This document shows, piece after piece, positions 1 through 9,261 of a stretch of 64,000 bases of DNA. The notes beneath the pieces were generated by a model. It was not told the origin of the DNA. It was given only the letters and a program-made list of their open reading frames with translations, and did no database searches. The translations under genes were made by a program, and so were the position numbers. Position 1 is the stretch's first letter, and every line of letters begins with the position of its first letter. The DNA is from Thermoplasmatota archaeon (lineage in GTDB: Archaea; Thermoplasmatota; JAKEGO01). Location of the stretch: NCBI GenBank assembly GCA_028279595.1, contig JANQNK010000004.1, forward strand, positions 1 to 64,000. Direction: 5' to 3'.

Positions 1-460
1 CGTCATCGCGCTCCTCGAAGTCGGCTAGCAGGGAGATGTCCTCGGTCTTGAAGGCATTGATGGCATCCTCTATCATTGCAATGGCATCGTCGGCCATCCT
101 GGGTATGTCGATAAGCTTGGCGATGTGTTCCATCTCCGAAATGTCGATGGAAATCTTCGCGATGTCCTTACCGTATCTGCCAATCCTGTTTAGATAGGTT
201 ATGAGCTTCAGGACGCATCCTATAGTCCTCATATCACCAGCTACAGGTGAATAAAGCGCTATCAACCGTAGAGCGTCGGTCTCGATCTGGGTATCCATTT
301 GGGCGAGCCTGTCCTTATTCGCGTAGACGTCATTGGCAACATCGCGGTCCCGCGCCTTCAGCGCCTCAATCGAGCCGCGCAGCATGTCGATGGACAGGTC
401 CGCCATCTCCATGACATCGGTCTTGAGCTGCTCGAGCTCCTCAACGAACTTCTCCGTCAT
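1..460 (-). CDS. phoU: Phosphate transport system regulator PhoU (3' end runs off the window)
   Basis: Not in the ORF track; translated by hand from ATG at 460: MTEKFVEELEQLKTDVMEMADLSIDMLRGSIEALKARDRDVANDV...LIALYSPVAGDMRTIGCVLKLITYLNRIGRYGKDIAK, the PhoU repeat pattern. GGTGA RBS; directly downstream of pstB. Confidence 0.93.
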   Translation of the reverse strand, partial: MTEKFVEELEQLKTDVMEMADLSIDMLRGSIEALKARDRDVANDVYANKDRLAQMDTQIETDALRLIALYSPVAGDMRTIGCVLKLITYLNRIGRYGKDIAKISIDISEMEHIAKLIDIPRMADDAIAMIEDAINAFKTEDISLLADFEERDD

Positions 461-468
461 CTTCTCAC

Positions 469-1311
469 CTATCCGAATCTACCGGTAATATAACGTTCGG
501 TCAACTGCTTCCTTGGGTTCTCAAATATCTGTTCCGTCCGTCCGAATTCGACCAGACGTCCGAGGTACATGAATCCCGTGTAATCGCTGACCCGTGCAGC
601 CTGCTGCATGTTGTGGGTCACGATGACTACAGTGTACTTCTTCTTCAGCTCCGTAATGAGGTCCTCGATCTTCGCGGTCGCTATGGGATCTAGGGCGGAG
701 CAGGGTTCGTCCATTAGGATGACCTCTGGGTCCACGGCCAAGGCACGGGCGATGCAGAGCCTCTGCTGCTGACCTCCGGATAGGCTCATCGCGTGTTCGT
801 CCAACCTGTCCTTAACCTCGTCCCACAGGGCCGCATCTCTCAGTCTCGTTTCGACGATCTCGTCGAGCTCGTCCCTCGACCTTGTCCCGTGGATCCTTGG
901 ACCGAAGGCGATGTTCTTGTAGATGGTCTTGGGGAATGGGTTCGGCTTCTGAAAGACCATGCCGACCTTGTGACGCAGTGCCACGGGATCGACCTGCTTC
1001 GACAGGATGTCGATGTCCTTCCAAATGATTTCCCCCGTTGTCTTGCAGCCCACTATCTCGTCGTTCATGCGGTTGATGCACCTCAGGAGGGTGCTCTTCC
1101 CGCAGCCGCTGGGACCGATGAACGCCGTCACCTTGTTCTTGTAGAGGGGCAGGCTCACCTTCTTGATCGCCCGGACGTCCCTGTAGAATACATCAACGTC
1201 CTTGATCTTGATGGCAACCTTGTTCGGCGTCCTGACCCCGGTTCCGGCACTATCCCCCTGGGTCATTGGTACCTCAGCCATTACTTGCTGGGCGTCGCTT
1301 TCTACACTCAT
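469..1311 (-). CDS. pstB: Phosphate ABC transporter ATP-binding protein
   Basis: Walker [10 protein letters not shown], signature [15 protein letters not shown], Walker B ILMDEP, typical end [10 protein letters not shown]. Start moved to ATG 1311, which overlaps the pstA stop (TAATG). Confidence 0.96.
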   Translation of the reverse strand: MSVESDAQQVMAEVPMTQGDSAGTGVRTPNKVAIKIKDVDVFYRDVRAIKKVSLPLYKNKVTAFIGPSGCGKSTLLRCINRMNDEIVGCKTTGEIIWKDIDILSKQVDPVALRHKVGMVFQKPNPFPKTIYKNIAFGPRIHGTRSRDELDEIVETRLRDAALWDEVKDRLDEHAMSLSGGQQQRLCIARALAVDPEVILMDEPCSALDPIATAKIEDLITELKKKYTVVIVTHNMQQAARVSDYTGFMYLGRLVEFGRTEQIFENPRKQLTERYITGRFG

Positions 1312-2342
1312 TACCATTTCCTCCTTGATTGTGCGCGATGACGGATTATTATCGCTATCGAGTTCATGATGAAAAGGATCAATAGGAGCACGAGGATCGT
1401 GCTCGCTGCAAGGTCGTGGAACGCAGCTTTCTCGTGCCGCGTCCAGTAGAAGATCGTGAGCGGGAGGGCCAGGAACGGATCGTGGATGGAGCTCGGTGGC
1501 ACCTTCGCGAAGGTGAAGCCTATGAACAAGATAGGGGCCGTCTCGCCGATAGCCCTGGAAAGGGCTAGGATTGAACCGGTCATTATGCCGGGAAGCGCGT
1601 TCGGCAGTACGTGATGACGAACGGTCTTCCAACGAGATGCGCCAAGTCCACGGGCAGCCTCCCGGAATCCCATTGGGACCGATTTCAATGCTTCCTCAGT
1701 TGACACAATGATGATAGGCAGAGCCATGATGGAAAGGGTAAGGGCCCCAGATAACAGGCTGAACTTCAACTGGAAGAGTCGTACGAAGATCGCAACGCCG
1801 ACCAGGCCGAATACTATTGAAGGGACGCCTGCCAGGTTCTGTATCACGCGCCTAAGGAACCTTGTGTAAATGCTGTCAGGCGCGATCTCCACCAGATAGA
1901 TAGCAGCTCCGACACCTACAGGTACCGCTATTATCATCGTCAGGGCCATCAGGTAGAGGGAGCCGAGGATGACAGGATAGATTCCTGCCTTATCAGGCCA
2001 CCGACTCGGGAAGTAGGATAGGAACTGGCCGTCGATCCCACCGATCCCCTGCGATATCACGGACCACATGAGGTAAGTGAGGAAGACCACGGCAACGACC
2101 AATGAAGAGCCTGTGACCGCCATCCCGATACGGCTCTTGATGTACCTCCTGCGTAGGGTGAGTTCCCTCCTCCTTCTAGGTATCAACCTCGACCTGACCT
2201 GATGGTATTCTTCGGCCAATCTTTTAGTCAAGGGTTTGGCCTTAGGGGAGATCCTGGAGGTCAACGGCTCCAGAGACAACCGGCCCTTCTTCTTGGGGGT
2301 CTTGCCGGTGTGTATCCTCCTCCCGATAGTGGCGGCTATCAT
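1311..2342 (-). CDS. pstA: Phosphate ABC transporter permease PstA; probably the remnant of a PstC-PstA fusion
   Basis: [25 protein letters not shown] (EAA loop), RAIGETAP. The frame continues upstream as [16 protein letters not shown], which resembles the last PstC helix, followed by a basic linker. Confidence 0.88.
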   Translation of the reverse strand: MIAATIGRRIHTGKTPKKKGRLSLEPLTSRISPKAKPLTKRLAEEYHQVRSRLIPRRRRELTLRRRYIKSRIGMAVTGSSLVVAVVFLTYLMWSVISQGIGGIDGQFLSYFPSRWPDKAGIYPVILGSLYLMALTMIIAVPVGVGAAIYLVEIAPDSIYTRFLRRVIQNLAGVPSIVFGLVGVAIFVRLFQLKFSLLSGALTLSIMALPIIIVSTEEALKSVPMGFREAARGLGASRWKTVRHHVLPNALPGIMTGSILALSRAIGETAPILFIGFTFAKVPPSSIHDPFLALPLTIFYWTRHEKAAFHDLAASTILVLLLILFIMNSIAIIIRHRAQSRRKW

Positions 2343-2432
2343 GTTGACTATGAAGGTGATGATGGTCGATATTGGTAATTTTATATGAATGGAGAACTAG
2401 GAACATCTGCGAGTAATGACATTGAGAGATTT

Positions 2433-3086
2433 CTACTCGAGCTCGATCTTGGAGTCATATCCGATTTGACCTTGCCTTTCCTGCAATCGTTGCATGATTT
2501 CAATGTCATCAATCCTATTCACAGGTCTATCAAGGGTTACTGGTGCTTCCATGGGATAGTTCGGTAATAATAGTGCGAATAACTCCCGGCCCAGAGGATC
2601 GGATAATCCAAATTTATAGGAGCCACGATGTCCAGAAGAGCCAATTTTAAATTCGTCTACTGCCGCACCCGCTTTTTCTTTACCTTCAATCTTTGCGCCT
2701 TCAATCACTATCTCTTTCTTCAAACGTTCTAACTCCTTCTCTTCTTTAGATGTTCGTTTATCTTTTGCTCGTAGCTCATCTCGACGCTTACGTTTTTTCT
2801 TTAGTGCCTCTTGCTCTTCTTTAATGAGATCTTTCGTGTCTACTTTCTTTGGCTTATCTCGGATCTCAATCTTTCCGGCAATACGAGCTTTCTCTAACTC
2901 AATCTTTTTCTCAAGTTCTTCGATCTTCTCTCGATAAAATCTTTCTCCTACTTCCGAACCCTCTTCAATACATCGGTCTATTTCTCTTTGATATTCTTCA
3001 ATTCGACGTTTCAAACATTTTATTCTATCTTGTTCTTTTGCGATTTCTCGGTTAATCTTATCCTTACGATCACCCATAATTATCAC
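2433..3086 (-). CDS. Hypothetical Lys/Glu-rich coiled-coil protein
   Basis: 217-aa ORF, heptad-like charged helices over about 140 aa, no recognised family. Confidence 0.65.
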   Translation of the reverse strand: MIIMGDRKDKINREIAKEQDRIKCLKRRIEEYQREIDRCIEEGSEVGERFYREKIEELEKKIELEKARIAGKIEIRDKPKKVDTKDLIKEEQEALKKKRKRRDELRAKDKRTSKEEKELERLKKEIVIEGAKIEGKEKAGAAVDEFKIGSSGHRGSYKFGLSDPLGRELFALLLPNYPMEAPVTLDRPVNRIDDIEIMQRLQERQGQIGYDSKIELE

Positions 3087-3172
3087 CTTCCATACTATTC
3101 GGTCTTGTTTTTACAGGACGTAATTTAATCCCCAAATTTCATACTCGTGATATTTGATAAATGGTCTGACCT

Positions 3173-3212
3173 TTTTTTTACAAAATGGAATTGTCCGATT
3201 TTTGTAAAAAAA
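3173..3212. promoter_or_regulatory. Inverted repeat TTTTTTTACAAAA...TTTTGTAAAAAAA (terminator or operator)
   Basis: 13-bp arms with an inner GGA/TCC stem, in the gap between two minus-strand genes. Confidence 0.45.
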
Positions 3213-3242
3213 TGTTTCCTGTAAGAAACGGTGGTACGCTGA

Positions 3243-3278
3243 GGTAAAATTACCGGTCAAACCGTGCTGAAATCCCCC
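3243..3278. repeat. Direct repeat copy A (GGTAAAATTACCGGTCAAACCGTGC...CCCCC)
   Basis: 23 of the first 25 positions match copy B at 3895-3918. Confidence 0.75.
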
Positions 3279-3740
3279 TCATCTACGATATCCACCGACA
3301 AGTTCTCCACAACTTGAGCACTCCTGATCGTACCAAAGGAATCTTTGACCGCACTGGCACCGCCAACGTCTCTCGTTCTCTATTAACCATGCCTCAAAGC
3401 CTTTGATCTTCAATCCTTCAAGGTTGGAGATCGCATCCGCATGATGTGGACGCCCGTCGTTATTGAAGTCAACGAGTTCCACACAGGGAACCTCCCCGCA
3501 CTCAGCGCATGATATGTAATTTCGATCTGAGGCACAACTCCTGCCGGGACAGCTTCGGCATTCCGGATGTACGAGGTTGTCCTCAGCATTGCATCCACCG
3601 CAGATGAACTCTTCGATGGGCTCGTTAGGCTGTTTACGGTCCTCATACAGTTGGGGATTATTTTCTACGTTAAGGACGAAATGAGAGCAAGCACCGCTGA
3701 ATAATCCGCAAAATCCAATACGGACATCATGACCTTCCAT
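3279..3740 (-). CDS. DUF3795-like Cys-rich metal-binding protein
   Basis: CGLFSGAC, CGGC, CRSCPGRSC, CAECGEVPC and C-terminal WRCQCG...CSSCG. GGAGG RBS before ATG 3740. Confidence 0.75.
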   Translation of the reverse strand: MEGHDVRIGFCGLFSGACSHFVLNVENNPQLYEDRKQPNEPIEEFICGGCNAEDNLVHPECRSCPGRSCASDRNYISCAECGEVPCVELVDFNNDGRPHHADAISNLEGLKIKGFEAWLIENERRWRCQCGQRFLWYDQECSSCGELVGGYRR

Positions 3741-3792
3741 ATCATCCTCCAACAAGTCAATTGATAATAATGTTCTCATTCTCAAACCTATC

Positions 3793-3840
3793 CTAAGGGG
3801 CTCTCTAGGGGGGCTTGAAGGGGGCTTCAAGGGGACTTCT
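3793..3840 (+). repeat. Four phased G-runs (11-12 bp period), G-quadruplex-type pattern
   Basis: GGGG ctctcta GGGGGG cttgaa GGGGG cttcaa GGGG; runs start at 3797, 3808, 3820, 3831. Confidence 0.65.
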
Positions 3841-3890
3841 CGACTCGGAATATACAAGGATACCCAGAAGGATCGGACTCTGGTAATCCA

Positions 3891-3928
3891 GCACGGTAAA
3901 AGTACCGGTAAACCGTGCCAAGACCCCC
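3891..3928. repeat. Direct repeat copy B, palindromic (GCACGGT-N14-ACCGTGC)
   Basis: GCACGGTAAAAGTACCGGTAAACCGTGC, just 3' of the beta-helix gene stop. Confidence 0.75.
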
Positions 3929-3952
3929 GCACAGGCGATTCTGGGGACGGTG

Positions 3953-6900
3953 TTACCGACTCCGGTAACGGCTGAAGACAACTATCGCTAGTATCGTGAC
4001 GAATGAAATAGTTGGGAGGATCAGGATTCCGGGAATCTTTTGTGGAGAGTTCGTTTCGACCGGATCTTCAAGAGGATATTTATCCTCGGCATTACCCGCC
4101 CCGTCTATGGAATATGTACCCGAACCGCTCCAATCTGACCAGAAATTCCCCTCGCTGATTCCATCATCCCATCCATTTGATGATGTATTGTCATAAGCTT
4201 GGGAGGATACTCCTGTATTATTCGCGAAGTTATTATGGTGAACTATCAATCGTGTCGAACCTGAAGAATATATTCCGTAATTTCCGTTATTGAATATATC
4301 ATTGTAGACGAATGTAACATTATCAGAGGAGTCAAAGGTTATCCCGTAATCGTCGTTGTTAGAGCAGGTATTGTTTACAAATTGAATATCAACAGAGGAA
4401 TTGAAAAAGACTCCAATGATGTTATCCGACACGTTACAATTCCTGATAATAAAACCATCAGTCCCATTAGAATAAATTCCTAGACCGTTGTCAATTATCG
4501 TGCAATTGAAGATCGTGGCGTTGTTATTAGTTAAGTAAATTCCTGAAGTGCTACCATTCTGGACTGTGATATGTCCGATATTAACACCTGACTCGGAAAT
4601 TTCAATTACATTTCCAGAATTATTACCGTCGATGATTGTCTCTCCAGAACCATTGCCAACAATCGTTATTGATACTGGTATAACTAAGTTCTCTTTGTAA
4701 ATGCCTTCATAAACTAGTATCATATCGCCTGCTGTAGCATTATCGATTGCATCCTGAATGCATTCGTAATCTGCACCTCCATCGTCGTCGACTGTTAGTA
4801 TGATTGAACTATCATTGATGATGCTAATAGGCCAATAATTGGATGTAGAAAATGGCTGGTTAATTCCGTCATCTATTGTCGCACTGATATAATAGGTCCC
4901 TTCCTCTACATTCGTTAGGTCCCAATCCATCACTCCAAACCCATCGTTCTCATCGGAATAACCCAATAAGAACTCACTTGATTCATCATCTGAATAAGTA
5001 AATGTAATATTGGCAGTATTATCATCGTCGCATGCATAATATGTGATCGTTATCGCTGCCGCGATATCTCGATCAACCGTCAATTGGTTTATTCTCGGTA
5101 TGACGATTACATAAGGAATATCATTTCCGCCTATCTCAATATCGAGTTCGTCTACCAAGGGATATCGATCCTTTGCAGGATTATCTCCATCTATGTGATA
5201 TTTTTCTTCTCCAATCCCATCGTCATCGGTGTCCGTACCTGTGTAATCCGACCAATAGTTACCTCTCGATCCATCATCCCAGTCGTTGCTGGAGCTATTT
5301 AACCCATCATCCAAGCCTTGCGCGGTAGCATTGATCGATTTGACATTGTCAATGAACTCATTATGATCCACCGTACATAGAACAGTGTCCCTATCAATGG
5401 ATACTCCGTAACCATGGTTACGACGTAATATGTTATCTTTGATCGATATTTTTCGCGCCTCATCGAGAACGATACCTTCCGCTTGATTACCGACGATTAG
5501 ATTATTTTGAATTAAATATTTCTTCGAGTCCATGATGTCGATTCCTATTGAGTTATTGATAAACGAACAATTCTTAATCATGAGTCCCTCCGAATTGTAG
5601 ATCCGTAAACCTACACCAATAGTATCAGAAATGTTGTTGTTAAAATAAGAATCGTCGATCGCATCCCGTGAGTAAATTGCTTCGTCCCAATTGTTGATCA
5701 TTATGCAGTTAACAAATGAATTTTCATCAGTATTCCTCAAGTATAGGCTTCTTCTGCTTCCGGAGAGGTTCGAATTAATTACGCGATTCCGAAGACATTT
5801 TTCCATAGAAAATGCATTGTTGGAATCGCTTTGGATCACACATCCTGAAATTGTATTATTGTCACCCTCAATCATTGTCAATCCTGTATTTGTCGGGTTT
5901 TCAATCGTACAGTTGAATAGTGTAGAATTGTCGACCCCGAACATGTAAACTGACCTTGCAGAAATATTCAAGAAAAACACGTTGGACGATTGAAATATTT
6001 TGATATTAGCGGGTACTTCAGCTTCCTTAGAGCTCTCGAAAATGATGTTGTTACAGAACGCCATCATTATGTGCGGGCTTGCATTAAATTGCGCCCCATC
6101 ATAAGAGAAATATGAACAGTTAACAACGATTATCTGTCCAACGTCGGCAGGTACTACGAATTCACTGCCATTCAATTTGTGATAAACTCGCTTATCATTG
6201 ACCGTATTATTCAAGATCAAGTGGGTTGTGAAGTGCTCCATGGTTGATCCCATAAATTGTATTGAATCGTTCACGAAAGTACAATCAATGACGCGAGATC
6301 CGGTCGCATAATTCAATAAGATTCCTCCACTAATCCCACTGTTAGAGACAGAGCAGTTGACTATCGTTGTTTTATAACCCATCACGCCAATCCCGGCCCC
6401 CGATGAATTGGTAATTTTGCTATTAATTATCGTTGTGTTATCGCTAGTGGTCCTGATACCGGCCAGACAATTTTCGATTTCAAAATTTTCAAAGATGTTA
6501 TTATTTGAATCATCGAGTCTGATTGCATAATCCTCGATCTGTGAAAATGTGCAATTGTCTACCCTCGTATCGTAGCAGTACTTGAATGTCAGTCCCATTG
6601 GTAATTGGTCGAAATGTGATGATGATATAGTGATGTTATCAGAATATACCGCTAAAAATGTCTCGGTATAATTGAAGCCACAATCATTGATATCTACATT
6701 TGAACTCCCAACGATGATGATCTGAGACACATCAGATTCGATTGAATATGATGACTCATTCTTGATGAAGATGATCGGTTTGCCGTTAAGAGTACAATTG
6801 GTAATCTCATGCGAGTTGTAATATTGTTCCTCGTTCCCTTTAATTGAAATGAACTCATCGATAAACCTGCATCGATCGATGATAACTCCTATCTTATTGT

Positions 6901-8080
6901 ATATTTCGAACCGTCCATGGAAATAATCGTTGAACGTCCATTCGGGGGACTTGATCTTACAACCGATCACTCTCGTGCGATCACCGAAGTGTCGAATGGC
7001 CTTAGAATTGTTTGAAATAACACTTCTTTTAATTAGGATGTCAGGGACGTCCCTCAACCAAATCCCTTCATCGGTATTTGAGATAATTTTAGAATCGAAT
7101 ATTGAGGAATATTGAGAATCATCTCGGAATTTAATTCCAATTTCATTCTGGCTCACGGTGCAATTAATGAATGTATTATTCATTCCGTCCCATACGGATA
7201 TTCCAGATTCGGTATTATTGGTTAGGTGAACATCAGAGATATTGACGTTGTCACTACCCCATATATCAATTCCAACTCCATCATTATCAACGATTGTGCA
7301 GTCTCGGACTACCACCCCGTCCGATCCTCTAAGAAATAATGTTTCTGCTCCGATTACAGAGTGACTGGATTTTGTGTTTCGAAGGGTTGAATTTGAAATT
7401 ATGCAACTGTCAGTCCCCCATGTACCCCATACATATATCGCATTGTCCGTACAATTATCTAACACGCAGGTATCGATGGTTGCATTAGCTGAAGTGATCA
7501 TGATTCCGATTCCATTAATATCTTTGATCTGTGAATTCTCAATTTTCGTGTATTGGCCGTTTATGCTGATACCGGCTCCACAATTAATGACAACAGAATC
7601 GGAGATCGTGTTGTGCGTGCGAGTGTTGTTAATCCGTATTCCCACTGTACTATTGAAGACACGACAATTCTCCACTAGGTTACCATGAGATGCAATGCGT
7701 AGTCCACGGTTATTCTTCGAGCCAGTTATTCCGAATGAAGAAATCGAGCAGTTACTAGCTGAGATCAGAAGACCATCACCATTACCACCGCTTCTAATTA
7801 TCGATTCATTCGTACCATTCCCAATTAGATGGACTCGTTTGTTAACATCGATTTCATCTTCAGTATTATCCGGAGAATAATTCCCTGCAAAAACGCGTAT
7901 TGTGTCACCAATCAATGCGTTTTGTATCCCATCTTGAATTGTCCCATAGGGATTATCTTCAGTCCCGGTGGCAGATGGGTCCCCCTCATTATCGTCATCA
8001 ACATAGATCGTCTCACCTTGTGCATTGATCCCTATCAATACTATTGCAAGAATCGCCACAGCAAATATGGTCCCTCTCAT
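3953..8080 (-). CDS. Secreted right-handed parallel beta-helix (NosD/CASH, pectin-lyase-like) surface protein with C-terminal anchor
   Basis: Signal peptide MRGTIFAVAILAIVLIGINAQG from ATG 8080; PYGTIQDGI and YECIQDAIDNA starts; many GIxl / NxTIxNC coils; two WDDG..GNY/FWSD..D.YPL caps; C-terminal IPG + hydrophobic stretch + RYRSR. Confidence 0.88.
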   Translation of the reverse strand: MRGTIFAVAILAIVLIGINAQGETIYVDDDNEGDPSATGTEDNPYGTIQDGIQNALIGDTIRVFAGNYSPDNTEDEIDVNKRVHLIGNGTNESIIRSGGNGDGLLISASNCSISSFGITGSKNNRGLRIASHGNLVENCRVFNSTVGIRINNTRTHNTISDSVVINCGAGISINGQYTKIENSQIKDINGIGIMITSANATIDTCVLDNCTDNAIYVWGTWGTDSCIISNSTLRNTKSSHSVIGAETLFLRGSDGVVVRDCTIVDNDGVGIDIWGSDNVNISDVHLTNNTESGISVWDGMNNTFINCTVSQNEIGIKFRDDSQYSSIFDSKIISNTDEGIWLRDVPDILIKRSVISNNSKAIRHFGDRTRVIGCKIKSPEWTFNDYFHGRFEIYNKIGVIIDRCRFIDEFISIKGNEEQYYNSHEITNCTLNGKPIIFIKNESSYSIESDVSQIIIVGSSNVDINDCGFNYTETFLAVYSDNITISSSHFDQLPMGLTFKYCYDTRVDNCTFSQIEDYAIRLDDSNNNIFENFEIENCLAGIRTTSDNTTIINSKITNSSGAGIGVMGYKTTIVNCSVSNSGISGGILLNYATGSRVIDCTFVNDSIQFMGSTMEHFTTHLILNNTVNDKRVYHKLNGSEFVVPADVGQIIVVNCSYFSYDGAQFNASPHIMMAFCNNIIFESSKEAEVPANIKIFQSSNVFFLNISARSVYMFGVDNSTLFNCTIENPTNTGLTMIEGDNNTISGCVIQSDSNNAFSMEKCLRNRVINSNLSGSRRSLYLRNTDENSFVNCIMINNWDEAIYSRDAIDDSYFNNNISDTIGVGLRIYNSEGLMIKNCSFINNSIGIDIMDSKKYLIQNNLIVGNQAEGIVLDEARKISIKDNILRRNHGYGVSIDRDTVLCTVDHNEFIDNVKSINATAQGLDDGLNSSSNDWDDGSRGNYWSDYTGTDTDDDGIGEEKYHIDGDNPAKDRYPLVDELDIEIGGNDIPYVIVIPRINQLTVDRDIAAAITITYYACDDDNTANITFTYSDDESSEFLLGYSDENDGFGVMDWDLTNVEEGTYYISATIDDGINQPFSTSNYWPISIINDSSIILTVDDDGGADYECIQDAIDNATAGDMILVYEGIYKENLVIPVSITIVGNGSGETIIDGNNSGNVIEISESGVNIGHITVQNGSTSGIYLTNNNATIFNCTIIDNGLGIYSNGTDGFIIRNCNVSDNIIGVFFNSSVDIQFVNNTCSNNDDYGITFDSSDNVTFVYNDIFNNGNYGIYSSGSTRLIVHHNNFANNTGVSSQAYDNTSSNGWDDGISEGNFWSDWSGSGTYSIDGAGNAEDKYPLEDPVETNSPQKIPGILILPTISFVTILAIVVFSRYRSR

Positions 8081-8417
8081 GTTATCGTTGATTGGTTTCC
8101 TTATCAGTATAAGGTAATATTGGAACGATTCTTTATAGAGTCCTGTCTGCAATACTGAAGCCTCAATTGACTAGATGACTTCAGGGTGAACCGTATGGAG
8201 TATTCATTCTGACGTAAATTCCAGGGGTTGCCGTGATTTCAGTTTCTAATAATTGAACATTTATTATACGGGATTACGGTGCCCTAATCCCCCTTCCCAC
8301 GTTTCTTTGAAGAAATGTACATTATAATATCAATTTAAAGTTTCAGAGGAGCGGGGTCGCTCCCCATTTACCTTTTTTTTAATGGATTATTATCCCATAT
8401 CTCGTTCCTATCCCTAT

Positions 8418-8705
8418 CTAACCATCTGTATCGCCCTCTTCCTCGACATCCGACTCTTCGTCGTCCTCATCATCGGAGTCTTCTTCTTTCGAGGCCTCAT
8501 TAAGATCCTCGTCACATTCTTCATCGTCGAGGGTATCAGTCTCCTCGTCATCCTCGGAATCATCATCTTCCATTAAGGATTCTGGGACATACACCTCGAC
8601 TTTCGAGCGGATAACAACAAGTCTGTCGGGATCATCGTCTATGATTACGACGGACTCGTCGTCATCTTCCAAGGGCGTTTCAGCCCCGTGGCTTCCAGTA
8701 CTCAT
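8418..8705 (-). CDS. Small, very acidic hypothetical protein
   Basis: 95-aa ORF dominated by Asp/Glu, with a short beta-rich core; GAGG upstream of the ATG. Confidence 0.55.
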   Translation of the reverse strand: MSTGSHGAETPLEDDDESVVIIDDDPDRLVVIRSKVEVYVPESLMEDDDSEDDEETDTLDDEECDEDLNEASKEEDSDDEDDEESDVEEEGDTDG

Positions 8706-8822
8706 GGTTCCACATCCTCAAGGAGCATCATGCACCCTGAGTTATTGTTGAATCGGGACCTCGTCAGTGCAGTCTGGGAAGATAATTGAGCTATTGTGTC
8801 ATAGACTGCGTATTGATCGGAT

Positions 8823-9167
8823 TTATTGTATAAATATCTCATATTGTTCGCCAACTGTAACTGTAATATTATCTCCCACATGGAAATCAAATCGTTCGAG
8901 TTCAGGACCGTCAGTACTAATCACAACTCTTTGTTCTCTCGAAATGATGACTCTGTTCTCGTCGATGGAACTCACATATCCAATGAACTGTGTCCAGGGT
9001 CTGATAACGAGACCAGATGCACGTAATTCGCCGTGTATCTTACCAGATACACGAGATTGTTGATCCTTCAAGATAGTGCTTCGGTATTCTTCACCTTGTA
9101 GGGTGGTGTGCTCATTTTTCTGTCGTTCAAATGTTTTCTCTTCCGCCTGGCTGTAGGTTTCGGGCAT
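8823..9167 (-). CDS. Hypothetical protein with a small beta-barrel-like C-terminus
   Basis: FIGYVSSIDENRVII...FHVGDNITVTV suggests OB-like strands; no family recognised. Confidence 0.5.
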   Translation of the reverse strand: MPETYSQAEEKTFERQKNEHTTLQGEEYRSTILKDQQSRVSGKIHGELRASGLVIRPWTQFIGYVSSIDENRVIISREQRVVISTDGPELERFDFHVGDNITVTVGEQYEIFIQ

Positions 9168-9261
9168 CTAGGTACCGAATGATATATAGAATGGATAATC
9201 TTTGGGACCTACAAATTTGATGAATTCTCATAACCGAAAATTAATTAGATGCTGAGACTAC

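Noticed and set aside
1312-1632. N-terminal extensions in the ORF track (pstB here; likewise leuS, purQ, tsaA, DUF3795, nadX)
   Set aside because: They overlap neighbouring genes or promoters; downstream ATGs fit RBS or overlap signals and family length better.
8702-8890. 62-aa ORF overlapping the acidic-protein start
   Set aside because: Overlaps the 8823-9167 ORF, has no motif, and its end is explained by the RBS of the next gene.
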